Shown here piece after piece: positions 52,401 to 64,000 of a stretch of 64,000 nt of DNA; the stretch's first letter is position 1, and each line of letters opens with the position of its first letter. The position numbers were made by a program, and so were the translations under genes. This DNA comes from Kondoa subrosea (taxonomy: Eukaryota), in the NCBI GenBank assembly GCA_039545335.1, contig BCIN01000001.1, forward strand, positions 3,537,136 through 3,601,135, in the 5' to 3' direction. The notes under the pieces are model-generated. The model saw only the letters and a list, made by a program, of their open reading frames with translations. It did not search any database and was not told the DNA's origin.

Positions 52401-52575
52401 CAATATTCGCAGTCTCGTCACCGGCAGAAAGTGCTTCGCATCTGTAGAGGAGCTCAATGCTGTGGGTTCAGCATGTCCTTCTTGTCATTGCTTCTCTGAT
52501 TGGTTCATGCAGGAACGTGCGGCTATCAAAGCCTTGCCTCTGCCCAAGAAGATCTACCACATCCTATTTGGTTGA
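49457..52575 (+). CDS. Amino acid permease (APC/YAT family), copy 2, tandem paralogue
   Basis: Same motifs as copy 1; [17 protein letters not shown] versus [17 protein letters not shown]. Confidence 0.95.
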
Positions 52576-53030
52576 TCTATATGCAGGTCTTAGAGCCGAA
52601 AGTGGAAAGCTATTGTGCATAGAATAATGTTTCGTTTCGTACAGTATTGTATGTTCTTCAGTTCATAGAAGCGCCTCTAGAATCACCTTCGTCAATCGTG
52701 TCTTCTCTTACATGCATTTGCGTCTGTGCTCTGAACAGACTGAGCTGGACTTCTGCAGCCGAAACGCTTACTAATAATCTTGTTTCCAGTCGGCCAGCAT
52801 TGACTTATCGCTCATCGCTCTGCGCTTCAATTGCAAGATACTGTATCAGCATCGCTCGCGATATCGAGTCAATTTGACTGCTGAATTCGGCCGTGCTTTA
52901 TAAAGTCAAAAACTTGCAAGGAAAGGAACTCTACTGGAAGGGCGTGCGGAGGGGCCCGAGTCAAGTAGGTTGACACCTGTCAAGAGCGACTATTTCGCAT
53001 AAGTATTAGCAAGTGCTGCCTCGAAAGAAG

Positions 53031-56000
53031 ATGTCATCCAGCACCCAAGCTTCTCAAAGCGAAGCTCCAAAACAAAGCACAAGGCGGCTACAAAGGGCAT
53101 GTGACGCTTGCAGACGAAAGAAGATCCGCTGCTCTGCTTCTGAGGATTCTAAAGTGCCATGCAACAATTGCAGGCATACGAAAGCCAGCTGTGTGCGTGT
53201 ATCAGAATCCAACTCGTGAATACCTGCCCTTCAGACTTATTCCATCTTCTGCAGACCTTCGTCGAACAAGCTAAGAAACGAGGACCGCCTAAAGGCTACG
53301 TCGAACAGCTCGAACTTCGGTGAGACATCTTACCTGTGTTCTCGAATTCGTGCCGACACTTTATCAGGATCGAGACGATGGAACGACTACTTAAATCTAT
53401 TGCACCAGAAGTAGATCTGGACGCTCAAGATGCCCTGACGAGAGAAACCGCATCGACTCCCATTTCTCGTCGTGCGTCGCCAGACAGCTACGGAGCTCGG
53501 TCTCCTTATTCAGATCACCAAGATGGAGATCTCAACGATGCTACCGGGCGACTTAACGGACTCAGTCTGAAAGATGGTTCTTTCGTTGGCAAATCGGCAG
53601 ATTTCACCTTTGTGCGAACGACTCTGTCGACCTACAAGTCTATGTGCATCAACGTCGATAGTGCGACGGCAGAAGATCGCAGTGGTCACTTCTATCGCGC
53701 AAACATAGTAGCTCATGAGCACTATCGCTCTCTATGCCCTTTACCTCCGGAAGATCTGATGCACCATTTAATCGATCTTTACTTTTCCAAATTCAATAGT
53801 CATACCCCTCTACTACATCGCAAATCTTTTGAACACGATTTGAATAATCTTTCGTCAACCCCACCTTGTAAGTCGAGTGTGCCTCCAATGACCCGTTCTC
53901 AGCTCATTCTTGGTCAAGCTTTTCTTGCTCTACTCTTCTCTGTGTTGGCAATTGGGTCTCGCTTCTCCGACGATCCGAGGATATATGATCACTATGGCTA
54001 TCTTGGTTTCCCAGTAGATGGCAATGGATTTGAAAAAGATGAGATCCTAAAGAACGTGTAAGAAGATTCTCACCGACCAGAAGTGATAGGATTCTGATAC
54101 ATATGCGCAGACCCCCTGAGAGTGCAGGATATGCATTCGCCATGGCTCAATATGTGAGTGCTTCCAACCCAATCGATAACGTCTGACTGATCCCCTTTAC
54201 TCAGAGAGTCGCCACACCTTTCATATCGAATTGTACGATTTACGATCTACAAGCTTCCGTCTTGGTCATCATCTATATGCTGGAAGCCAGCAGTCCTTTG
54301 CGAACATGTATGCTTCCTTTCTGTCTTTGGTTAGCGAAACTGATTTGGCTGCACAGGGAGTGTTCTTGGTTACTACACCAGAAGAGCACTCGACGTTGGT
54401 CTACATCGACAGAAATTAAAGCAATGGAATCAGAGTCTGCTGCAAGACCAAATGCGCAAGCGGACCTTCTGGATGTTGTACAATCTGGATCGCTTTCTGT
54501 CCGCTCATTTGGGTCGGTATGCTGCGTGCTCTTTATTGCGGGAGAAGTGCTAATCTAGGCTAGACCTCTCAATATCAATGACGAGGATGTCGACCTTGAG
54601 CTGCCTGCAGAACTATCGGATGACGATCTGGATCGGTTTGGCGCAAATGAAGTTTCTCATCCAATCACACAGACCTCCTCTACTCTGCCATTGCCCATAA
54701 CTTCATTTATCTGTTTTACACAATTGCAGCAAATAGTTTCTAGAACTCTGATTTCTCTCTACGGACATTCTTCGAAAGGTCAGTCATGTGTCCGTCGGCA
54801 AGGAGAGCCTACTCAAGTTGTCTCAGACGTCACCTTTGAGGAGACAGTGGCCAAAGACAAAGCCGCTGTCGCTAGTCTAGACTTGGCCCTCAATACGTGG
54901 CTCAGCAAACTGCCTCACCATCTACGCTGGAAACCTGATCAAGATGATCCTGAACTCATTCTCCAGAGCGCTAGTGTGTTATGCGCCTATTATGCAGCTC
55001 AGGTGAGTGCAATGCAAGTACATTGCAAATTTAGCTGAAAGCGTGCACAGATACTGGTGCATCGGAGCTTCTTGTCACCAGAACGGCAGGGAACTGTCGG
55101 CTTTCCGTCGCTGGGTGCGTGATGTCCCGAAGACGTCTATTAGTGTTTATTTTGGCTTCTAGCAATTTGCATGAACGCTGCACGATCTTTGGCGCATGTG
55201 ATCGAAGTCACTGTCAATACGAACCTCATCAACAGAATGTTGGCGTTCGCACCCTCATGGTGTACCACTGCTGGTATGGTTTTGCTCATCAAGTAAGAGT
55301 TTCATCGATCCCGAATGATCAGATAATCAAACGTTGTTTACGTCGTACAGTGTTTTCGCGGCGCACAAAGTTCCGGATCTATCAGCAACAGCCGTTGCTG
55401 ATGTGGACAAGTGTATCAATGCATTGCATGTGCTTTCGCAACGGAACTGTGAGATTGGTCTCTACAGATCCTTGCCGTGTTCTGATGAATGTCCGACAGT
55501 CCTTGCAAAACTCTGCCTGGCAGGCTTCCTGGATAATAGAGAAGCAACAGCCCACCGACAGAGCAAACGAGAAAGGGAAGACGAGCCTGAAGAGCTTACA
55601 GCTCGCAGATCCTTATCAGGCTCACAACCACATCAGCCCTTCTCCCTTTACCAGAATAATTCAATACCGCCGATTGCAGGCTCATCTCTTCCCAATTACC
55701 CTCTCTTCACTCAAAACGACTTCAATTTACCCGTAAATACAGCGGATACGGGCGGGTTTTCCTCCATAGGTGACGCAACGTTCTCGCCTCAAGCCTTCAA
55801 CTCTGCACCAAACAACTTTCTGCCCAACTTTCAACCGCCGTTTCCCTCGAATGCTTATGGCTACTTAAATTCAAACATCCCAAATACTTTCTTGAGCGAT
55901 CCGCACGCGATGTGGCCGACTCAAATGGAAAATCAGGTCCCTTATGGGTACCCGCAGCCTGAACAGACACCTCTGTCACCAAGCGTATTTGGGTAGGTGC

Positions 56001-56105
56001 GACTCTTGGCCCGACTGAGTACAATTCTGATACTTTCACAGCGCACTTGCTTATGACTTCACAAGGGATCTACATAGAGCAGAGCAGGACAGAAGGGAGT
56101 GGTGA
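53031..56105 (+). CDS. Zn(II)2Cys6 transcription factor with fungal-specific TF domain
   Basis: RACDACRRKKIRC...PCNNCRHTKASC; KKRGPPKGYVEQLE; LPPEDLMHHLIDLYF; KRTFWMLYNLDR; LDLALNTW. Confidence 0.93.
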
Positions 56106-56274
56106 GATTGCAGCAGCATTGTGCATCCCCAATTTAGATGGACTTTCGTTTAGATTGTACTATAGCTTTTTTATCGTGAAAGCGCATGTATGATCGTCTG
56201 CTACTGCTACAGTATCTCTACTTGTAGCCTCTGGCGGTGATACCTCTCCACTTCAATATTATGGCTCCAGAAGA

Positions 56275-56298
56275 TTTGGAAAACGCTTTGGAAAACGC
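56275..56298 (+). repeat. 12-bp tandem direct repeat (TTTGGAAAACGC x2) upstream of the ZIP gene
   Basis: Directly visible; function unknown. Confidence 0.8.
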
Positions 56299-56618
56299 AG
56301 GAACATAGTCAAATCGAGGAGAGTCGCGTCGTAAGCTGTAACTACGACGACCTGCATGAACTGGTGGTTTTAGCAGCGCGTGTGACTATAATTATCATCA
56401 TAACCATCGCAAAAGGGAGAAGAGGACTGCTCAGGTTGTGTCCGCATTTTTCGCTTTTTCTCTTTCTCTCCGTCAAATCCTGTCTTGATCTCCATTCTCT
56501 TCACATCTGGCGTATCTATAATTGCTGCTACAGCTCTCTACACTACCCTTTGCGCATCACATCCAGTAAATCTCTCGCAGACACAATCCGGCGCTAGTCA
56601 ATTCATCGGTCAAATATC

Positions 56619-58412
56619 ATGTCTGACTCTCAAGATGTTTGTGGCTCCGTTACAAGAGACCCAGATCGTACAGGCCTTCGTGTGGGAGCACTTTTCATAA
56701 TCCTAGGTAGGGTCATTTCCGCGGAATGAACTTTGCACACCTAATCATCACTGCTTTGTCACAGTCACTTCCTTGTGTGTCTGCTTTCAATCGAAATCAT
56801 GCAGGACTTCTTCTGATGATCAGCCGAATCTCGTAATTTCGCAGAATCGGGACTCTCTTCCCTATCATGTCTCGGAGAGTGAGGAAGCTGAGAGTACCTG
56901 GCATGATTTTTGATTTCGCAAAGTACTTTGGTTCTGGAGGTATGTCGCAATGGTCCAATATTGCTTAAGTGAGCTGAAAAGGTGATTATAGTCATCATTG
57001 CGACGGCTTTTGTACGCACACTCGTTGCGACTGAGAGACTTCGCTGACGATGCTCGTAGATTCATCTTCTGACCCCTGGATTTGAGCAACTCGGAAGTCC
57101 TTGCTTGACTGGAACATGTGAGTCGTGCCAATTTGACTGCTGAAGATCTTGCTCATTCCATATACAGGGACGGTGTATCCATGGGCTGCGGCATTCTCAA
57201 TGGTTCGTCGATGTTCCCTCGATGCTTTCTCCAACGGTCTGACAATGCGAGTACACAGATGGCCGTTTTCGGTATCTTCTTGGTTGAGCTGTTCGCCTTT
57301 CGCTTCGGTCATGCCTATATGACGAAGATTGGCGTCTCAGTGGACCCCCATGTTCGTGCAGTCTCGCTGCTCTATTGTTATGCTCAACGAAGCACTTCAG
57401 AACACCGGCGCTGAGGGAGCTCACACACCACACGAACATCAAGCGCATAACATCAGGGACGAAGAAAGAGTGCTTTCGCCGAACAAAGAGACATACGAAG
57501 ATTTGGACGAGAAAGACGAGCTGGACGTCATTGCTGAACAAACTACGAAACCAGAAGCTGCTGCTCAAATTCTGGGAGTTGCTATTCTAGAGTTCGGTGT
57601 GATCTTCCACAGTGTTATGTAGGCTCCTCTTCATTGATGCTGTGGCGCAAAGCTCATATGCTGAACCTCAGCATCGGATTGACTTTGGCTGTGACGGATG
57701 AATTCGATACGCTTTTCGTTGTCGTAAGTCGAACACCTCGTCCAAGTATGTCCATGAACTGATTGACCTTAAAAGATTATCTTCCATCAAATGTTTGAAG
57801 GTCTCGGTGCGCAATTCAGCTGGCGTACTGAAGCCAGCGAATCTAACATCTGAGTTCAGGTCTGGGATCTCGACTTGCTTTCTTACCTCTGCCACGAGCA
57901 ATGAACTGGGTTGCTGTCGTCGCTGGCTGCACATATGCGTTGATGACACCGATTGGCATGGCAATCGGATTGGTACGTTTCATTGTTTCACTATATCAGA
58001 CTTGTCTAACCATATATTTTGCAGGGTGTTCGCACTTCATACAACCCCGAAGGAACGACAGCGTCGATAGTGCAAGGAACACTCGATTCAATTTCTTCAG
58101 GTATTCTGTTATACACTGGGCTGGTCGAATTACTTGGTGCGGATGATGTATTCGCCTGAGTGATTACATGTGCTGACGACTGTTCTAGCACACGAGTTCA
58201 TCTTCCACAAAGTAAGCTTGCTTTTTACAATTGACTCTGATGCAGCTAATCTTTTTTACCAGAAAATGCACACTGCACCTATCGGCAAAGTGCTGTTCGC
58301 CGTAGGCAGTGTTATGCTCGGTGCTGGCATCATGGCTCTCCTGTACGTTCACAGCTTTGTGGTGATAGGTGTTCGCTAACATAATTTACCTTCTAGCGGT
58401 CGATGGGCTTGA
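56619..58412 (+). CDS. ZIP-family zinc/iron transporter (Zrt1-like)
   Basis: GLRVGALFIIL; FAKYFGSG; His-containing loop; ILEFGVIFHSV; FHQMFEGLG; TPIGMAIG; SGILLYTGLVELL; ends GRWA*. Confidence 0.93.
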
Positions 58413-58624
58413 TTGTATCCTATAATGTTCTAGAACTGTATATAGCTGGCATTGATACAGAGATATTGAATGATGCGTTCCGATCTACGCATCGGGTGAC
58501 AGTAATGTTGAGATTCATGCCTCTCTTCTCGCAACGGTTGCATTGTTCTTTCTGCAGTTCATGATGAAGTAAATCGGCCAAAGCCTGAACAGCGCTTCAA
58601 CTCGGACCATATAGATACCCCTCC

Positions 58625-59260
58625 ATGTCGCATCTTCTCGCGCTGCCTAACGAACTCCTGGTTCCCAAGATCTTGGCTCTTCTGGACTGGCCAGACCTAT
58701 ACAATGCCTCCCGTACTTGCTCTACTCTGCAATACGCTTGTACTTCAGCATACTTGGCTCGCACATTGCGTCAATTTGCACGGCATAGTCTGGCCGCTAC
58801 TCTGATCTCCAGGCCCACTCCGATAGAACTGGCTCTTCGAATCCCTAGTCCTCTTCAAGGCTTGCACGTAGCAGAACGGCTCGGACGAGGTCAATACATA
58901 TCTACCGTGTCATCGAACAGAGCTTTCTTCCGGGCAACTGCACTATCTCGAGCACTTCTCTCTTCATCTCTTTCTCGTCACTTGCATCGTCGAGCACCTC
59001 TTTGTACATTGCAAGATCGGAATATTCTCGATAAAGAAGAAGTCAAAGCTTCATCTCGATTAGCAGCTTCCATGCGGGCTTTGAAAGCTGCTTTCAAGCA
59101 AAGAGATTTCAAGCGCAAGTTTAAAAGTATGGATGAAGTGGAAGTTCTGCTCAAAATGAGCTCGCAATCGAGGGAGTCGAGCAGGACGAGGGAATGGTTG
59201 TGTGCTGGACGGGTGCGAACGGCGATCAGGATGTTTGAAAGGCTCGCTGTTGCACCGTAA
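58625..59260 (+). CDS. F-box protein with RPEL-like repeats, intronless
   Basis: LLALPNELLVPKILALLDWPDLYNASRTC (F-box); LISRPTPIEL and LSRHLHRRAPLCTLQDRNIL (RPEL-like). Confidence 0.75.
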   Translation: MSHLLALPNELLVPKILALLDWPDLYNASRTCSTLQYACTSAYLARTLRQFARHSLAATLISRPTPIELALRIPSPLQGLHVAERLGRGQYISTVSSNRAFFRATALSRALLSSSLSRHLHRRAPLCTLQDRNILDKEEVKASSRLAASMRALKAAFKQRDFKRKFKSMDEVEVLLKMSSQSRESSRTREWLCAGRVRTAIRMFERLAVAP

Positions 59261-59485
59261 CGGTCTAGTATGTAGTCTGTCCAATCTTCCGGTAGCTGAG
59301 CTGATTGTCGCTGTATAGTGCGTTGTTTTTCAAGATGGCTCGAATAAGCCAATGAACGGCTTTGTGCAAGTCATTTGGACCCTCGGACAGTCGGTTATGT
59401 GTCACTGTACGGCTACATCAATAGTCTGTTGTATTTTTTCTCGTTATGCTGTACTTCATATGCGATGTAACAGAATACTGTAATC

Positions 59486-61536
59486 TTATCTCCTTGCATA
59501 TCCGTAGCCTGGTCTAGATGGTGTATTCCGTGCTGAAGAGCTTCGGAAACCTTGCCAAGTGCCATTGCTCACGTTTTTCTGCCATCGCGATAACAGCTCA
59601 ATATGGTTAGTTTTTCACTTGAACTTGAATGACTTACCACTCTCCCTTCCATATCATCCACTTGTTTCCTCAGGCTTTCACTCGAGTTCTCAATCCAAGT
59701 CAGACCAGTCAAATGCGCGTTAAGAATAGCGGCAATCTGAACGAGCGGATCACTTTCTCCATCTTCTGCATTGCCCATCGTAACGCCCGCTGAATGCGAT
59801 AAACCATTCACATCTTGAATTAAACTCGTCAGGGACCGAGACATGTCGTCTAATTGAGTATTGAGTGAATCGGCTAGTCGATAAGCTCGTTCTCTTTCCG
59901 TGTCTGGTCCGCCGTAGAGGTTTGACGGTTGATCGCCAGGTCCAAGCAGTTCGTTGACTTGTTTTTCATACGAATCGAGAATGAGAGCTAGTTCTTTTTG
60001 CTGCCCTTCGACGTAATCCAAAGAAGAAGTAATCTTTTGTTGCACGGGTTCGGTAGCTTGTAGAGAAGTATAGAGTTCTGCAATCTGTTCGTTTCAACAA
60101 TGTCAGGATCGCTCATCCACGATCACAACAGAAATCCGAGAACGAACTTTATCACCATTCTCAACCAGAACTGCATCCCAAGCTTTCACCTCTCCAGCAA
60201 GTGTAGCAAACTCTTTAGTCCTCTCATCCAAATCCGCGCTCCAAGAATTAACTATATCTTCCAACTTCTTTCCTGCCAAGACATTAGGGAGGGGAACTGG
60301 TTGACTACTGCTAGTGGAAGTTGATGCTGCCGTCCCTCCTAGAGTTGCGGGTGTAGCTTGGGGTGCTCCTAATGTGGAAGTAGTCAATGGAGTGTTTGCA
60401 CCCAGAGGTGACGGCTTTTTAGCTGGATTGGTCAATCCTGCAAAGGAGAAAGCAGGTTTGGGTGCTTCAGCACTTGAGCTGGTAGTCGGTGTTGAGCTGG
60501 AAGCTGGAGTGTTGAGCGAAAAAGAAGGTGTAGAAGTAGTAGTAGCGGCGGGTTGCGAGGTTGGCGCTGCAGCATTGAGTGAAAAAGATGGTGTAGAAGC
60601 TGGAGGATTTGAAGCTGGTGGTGTACCGAAACTGAAACCGCCGAGTTTGGGAGCTTCTGCCGGCTTAGGAGCTTCGCTTGTTGTGCTGGTAGTCGTGGCA
60701 GGTGCACCAAAACTGAAAGGCGACGGTTTCGCCGGAGTACTTTGCGGAGTAGTGGAACCTAACCCGGCAAAACTGAAGGCTGGTTTAGGAGTTTCTGCTT
60801 GTGTACTGGCTGAAGGTGCTGTACTGGCGCTAGGTACTGTTGTCGATGGGAAAGAGAAGCTAGGAGTGCTAGATTGAGTTGAGCTCGTAGTGGCAGCAGG
60901 TTGAGCGGGTTTGCCAAATGAGAAGCTGGAAGGCGCAGGAGTTCCAGCAGGAGTGGTTGATGCATTCCCAAAGCCACCAAACAAGCCAGAAGCAGGTTTT
61001 GGAGTTGCAGGGGTATTTATTGTTGCACCAAACGAAAATGGGGAAGTAGATGCCGGAGGTGTGGCAGCTGCGGATTGCTGACCGAATAAAGGCGGAGCTG
61101 GACTAGCAGTCGATGCCACGGGCTGACCGAATAGCGGTGCTGCAGCAGGCTTGTTTGCACCAAAGGCTCCGAAACTAAATCCGCCAGATGCCGGGGCAGG
61201 AGCTGCCGCAGCTATACAGGAACGATCAATCTTGGTTCTACAACGGTAGGGGCCAAGATGAGACAAGAAAACGAAGCGAGCTCATTCACGCGAATGGATG
61301 GAAAACAAGGAGACAGCAAGCGAGAGCCAAAGAAGAATTGATCACTTACGTGTTGCACCAAAAGAGAATGCAGGAGCCGAAGTAGTCGCAGGCTGAGCAG
61401 CTGAAGCTACAATTTCACATCAACCGAAGTCTTGCATGTTTCGAGATCTCTAGCTCACGCTGACCAAAGCTAAATGCTGTTGTACATAGTAGCATCAGTA
61501 ATGTGCTCGTCTGTTCAGATGCTCTAACTCACCCAT
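59486..61536 (-). CDS. NSP1: FG nucleoporin Nsp1/Nup62
   Basis: Many FSFG/FxFG repeats; KKLEDIVNSWSADL..FATLAGEVKAWDAVLVENGDK; ERERAYRLADSLNTQLDDM; ILNAHLTGLTWIE. Confidence 0.95.
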
Positions 61537-61915
61537 AGTGCCTATGAGCTCGCTGCTTTGGATTAAAGTCAGAGCAACCTTACTCTCGAACCAATGCCAT
61601 GCCTGTTCAACTATATTCGTAAAGTATGCATGCTCCTGGATGTCCACTTGTGCTCCATGGGCTCCGTGAATGTGTTGCTCGCGAGATATAGTATTCTCTG
61701 CAAACTGCAGTGCTTATTTCCAGTCATATCACACAAAAGCCCTTCTTGCTCGTGGGTCTATACATTCGCTAGCTCTCATTTGTTTTTCTGGCATGGAGCG
61801 AAACTCCTTGCGTTGCTCTTCTCCCCTTTGTCTTTCGTCGCCCAGGAGAGAACGCTCATTCTACTACATCTCTACCTGTCTGTCTGCATCCATTACCACC
61901 TCTACTAAGACCAGC

Positions 61916-62768
61916 ATGGATCTTAAATCCGTGCAGGCTGCTTTGACAGCTTTAGTGGAAGAAGATGCTATGGCGCATATCCCTAAAGCAGAGCAAGGCA
62001 AGCCCTTGTATCTATGTCCGCCTTGTATCTCCTCCAGCTTAGTGCAAGGCAAATTCAAAGTCATATGCAACACTCCTGCTTATGTCGACGAGAACGAATG
62101 GATCGCTCATTGCTTGATCGATCTATACACTCAGCTCAACAGCTTCTTTTCTTTTCTCAGCGCCGCCTGTACAGAGAAGACTTGTCCTGAGATGGCTATT
62201 GGGCCCGAGTACGTATTCTTCGCTGAAGGCATGCGACAGTAAAAAGCTCACTGAAATCCAAAGCTTCAACGTGTATTGGCGAGACGCAAGAGAAAGACCA
62301 GCTTATACTTACATCGACTCCACGCTAGCTTGGATTCAGTCTCTGTTGATCAATAAAACTGTTTTCCCAACAGAAACAGGAAGAGAGTTTCCAGCAGAAG
62401 TACGTTTCTTCCGAAATTCCGTTAGAAAGCTTCAGCTGACCAATAAAGCTGTGTGTAGTTCCTCGCAGTCGCCAAAAGGATCTACTTGCAAATGTTAAAT
62501 CTCTTCTCTCATATTTACTATGCCCATTTCGAAGCTCTCCTGCACCTAAAGTGCGAATCCCATTTCAACTCCCTAACAGCACATTTTTTGACTTTTGGTT
62601 TGCTCAATGGCTTGGTGGAAAGGGATTGCAGGGAATTGAACAGGAGATCGAGAAAGGGTGAGCGCAATCGACCGTCATTCATGACCCAGCTCATTCTGTT
62701 GTATTGAAGGAGTGGTAATGGGCAAACTTCTGGACGCATGGGAAGAGCTTGGCATAGTAAAAGTATGA
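61916..62768 (+). CDS. MOB kinase activator (Mob2-like)
   Basis: SSLVQGKFKVICNTPAYVDENEWIA; CTEKTCPEMAIGP; VFPTETGREFP; FSHIYYAHF. Confidence 0.88.
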
Positions 62769-62845
62769 AGTTCACAGCAAACAGAGATCGTAATGTTGCG
62801 TCAATTATACATTATTTCAGATACATTAGAGGAGAGAGAGTCCGT

Positions 62846-64000
62846 TCAAGCTGCACTCAGAGGCTGTCCTATCCTCGCTAAGAGTTCTTTGGTTACTGCT
62901 TCATTTGTCGACCTGATTGTCAAACGACATAGCTATAGAACCGGTGTGAGCTACCTGAAATGTGGCCTGACGTGCGTTGAAACTCACTTTCGCTTCCGCA
63001 TTCGGTTCCAACCGCAACAGACATCCTACTTTCCCAGCAGAAGACATATGCAGTACAGCTGCGCCAACATGATTCGTTGGTTTTGGATCGATCCCTTCCA
63101 GTAATCCCATTTTCATGCCTGAAAGAATCTTAGAGTGTTTGCCCACGTTGATTTGACCTTCTTGGTCCAGTTTGATGGAATAGATCTGTTGACCTTCTCT
63201 AGGTGGTCCGCCTATCTGTTTCCACCGTTCGAAGAAATCGGCTTGATTGAGTTTGACTGGTTCTATAAACTTGCTTAGATAGATAGGTAAGCGGAATGTA
63301 AGGGTTTGTAGCGAGCCAGCAAGATAAGAGACGCGAAGAATAGGTGCTTCAGTAAAAATGTCTTTGCAGTCAACTTGAATTATTTGCTGGACCTGAGTCA
63401 TACCTGCTAAAGTGGAAGAAGGAATTTTGGGAAGAGTAACAGAAAGTGCTTCAGGTTGATTCACTTCGACTGTCACGGTGAAAGATTGGAAAGAGGCTGA
63501 AATTTTGTTGCCAAAGTAGAGTGCCAATCGACCAAGATGACCATGATATTCCGATTTCAACCCGATCTGAATCTGTGTGTCTTCGTATAACACGCCTTCA
63601 GCCATGTAGGAGAGTCGCAGTAAAGCTTTCTCCGCTCCGTGAGTGAAGATAGGTTCGGCTGGAACAGGTAGAGATTGTGCTTTTGGCGTTGTTGAGCGAA
63701 GAGGCGCTGCAGGTGTTGTAGATCCGTTCGTTTGCGGTAGGTTTGCGGAAGAACCATTGGTTAAAGGGGAAGTTTGAGGTGAAGGGGCAGAAAGATCTAG
63801 CTGCGCCAGATCAGACATCATGTCGGCTTGCGGTGCCGAAGCAGGAGTATCAACCAGCAGGGAAGTAGTATTAGTAGCAGGGGTATTCGATGTCGCTGTA
63901 TCCGAAGTCATCTTCTTTCGACCAAAGCCTCGATACCGATCTGCATCTTTGTCCTTGTTCACATCCTTTCCTCCAGCGTGCCAAGTATGTTTGTCACCAG
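62846..64000 (-). CDS. APL3: AP-2 adaptor alpha subunit, C-terminal hinge and ear (5' part outside window)
   Basis: EGVLYEDTQIQIGLKSEY; LNQADFFERWKQIGGPPRE; KVGCLLRLEPN; last exon LCRLTIRSTN. Confidence 0.93.

Noticed and set aside
60314..60877. 187-aa + strand ORF antisense to NSP1
   Set aside because: Shadow ORF of the low-complexity FG-repeat codons.
1..64000. Prokaryotic systems (CRISPR, operons, IS elements), tRNA/rRNA or intact transposons
   Set aside because: The sequence is intron-rich fungal DNA; no spacer-repeat arrays, RT/transposase motifs or RNA gene signatures were seen.

Overview
Gene-dense eukaryotic (fungal) genomic DNA with many ~45-60 nt GT-AG introns. It is most consistent with a basidiomycete, possibly Pucciniomycotina; this is an inference from intron style and gene content. 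About 30 protein-coding genes can be reconstructed by manually splicing across the ORF track. Housekeeping genes: prefoldin 5, Med16, MutY, Slx9, XRCC2-like, TBL1/Sif2, Rab-GDI, Nsp1, Mob, AP-2 alpha. Hydrolases: M36 fungalysin, HSL-type esterase, S10 carboxypeptidase. Others: DHCR24-like oxidoreductase, PC-esterase/TBL-like protein, DUF1996 protein, tandem amino-acid permeases, Zn2Cys6 TF, ZIP zinc transporter, and secreted proteins. The most intriguing items are (i) a divergent pair of bacterial-looking genes, an intronless ICMT-family membrane methyltransferase and an unannotated putative GNAT/acyltransferase-fold protein, next to an SDR; (ii) a secreted Cys-rich tandem-repeat protein spanning an assembly gap; and (iii) tandem permease paralogues with different intron positions and patches of identical sequence. 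No rRNA, tRNA, CRISPR array or intact transposon was recognised. Gene coordinates are spans including introns and were derived by hand, so they may be off by a few bases.
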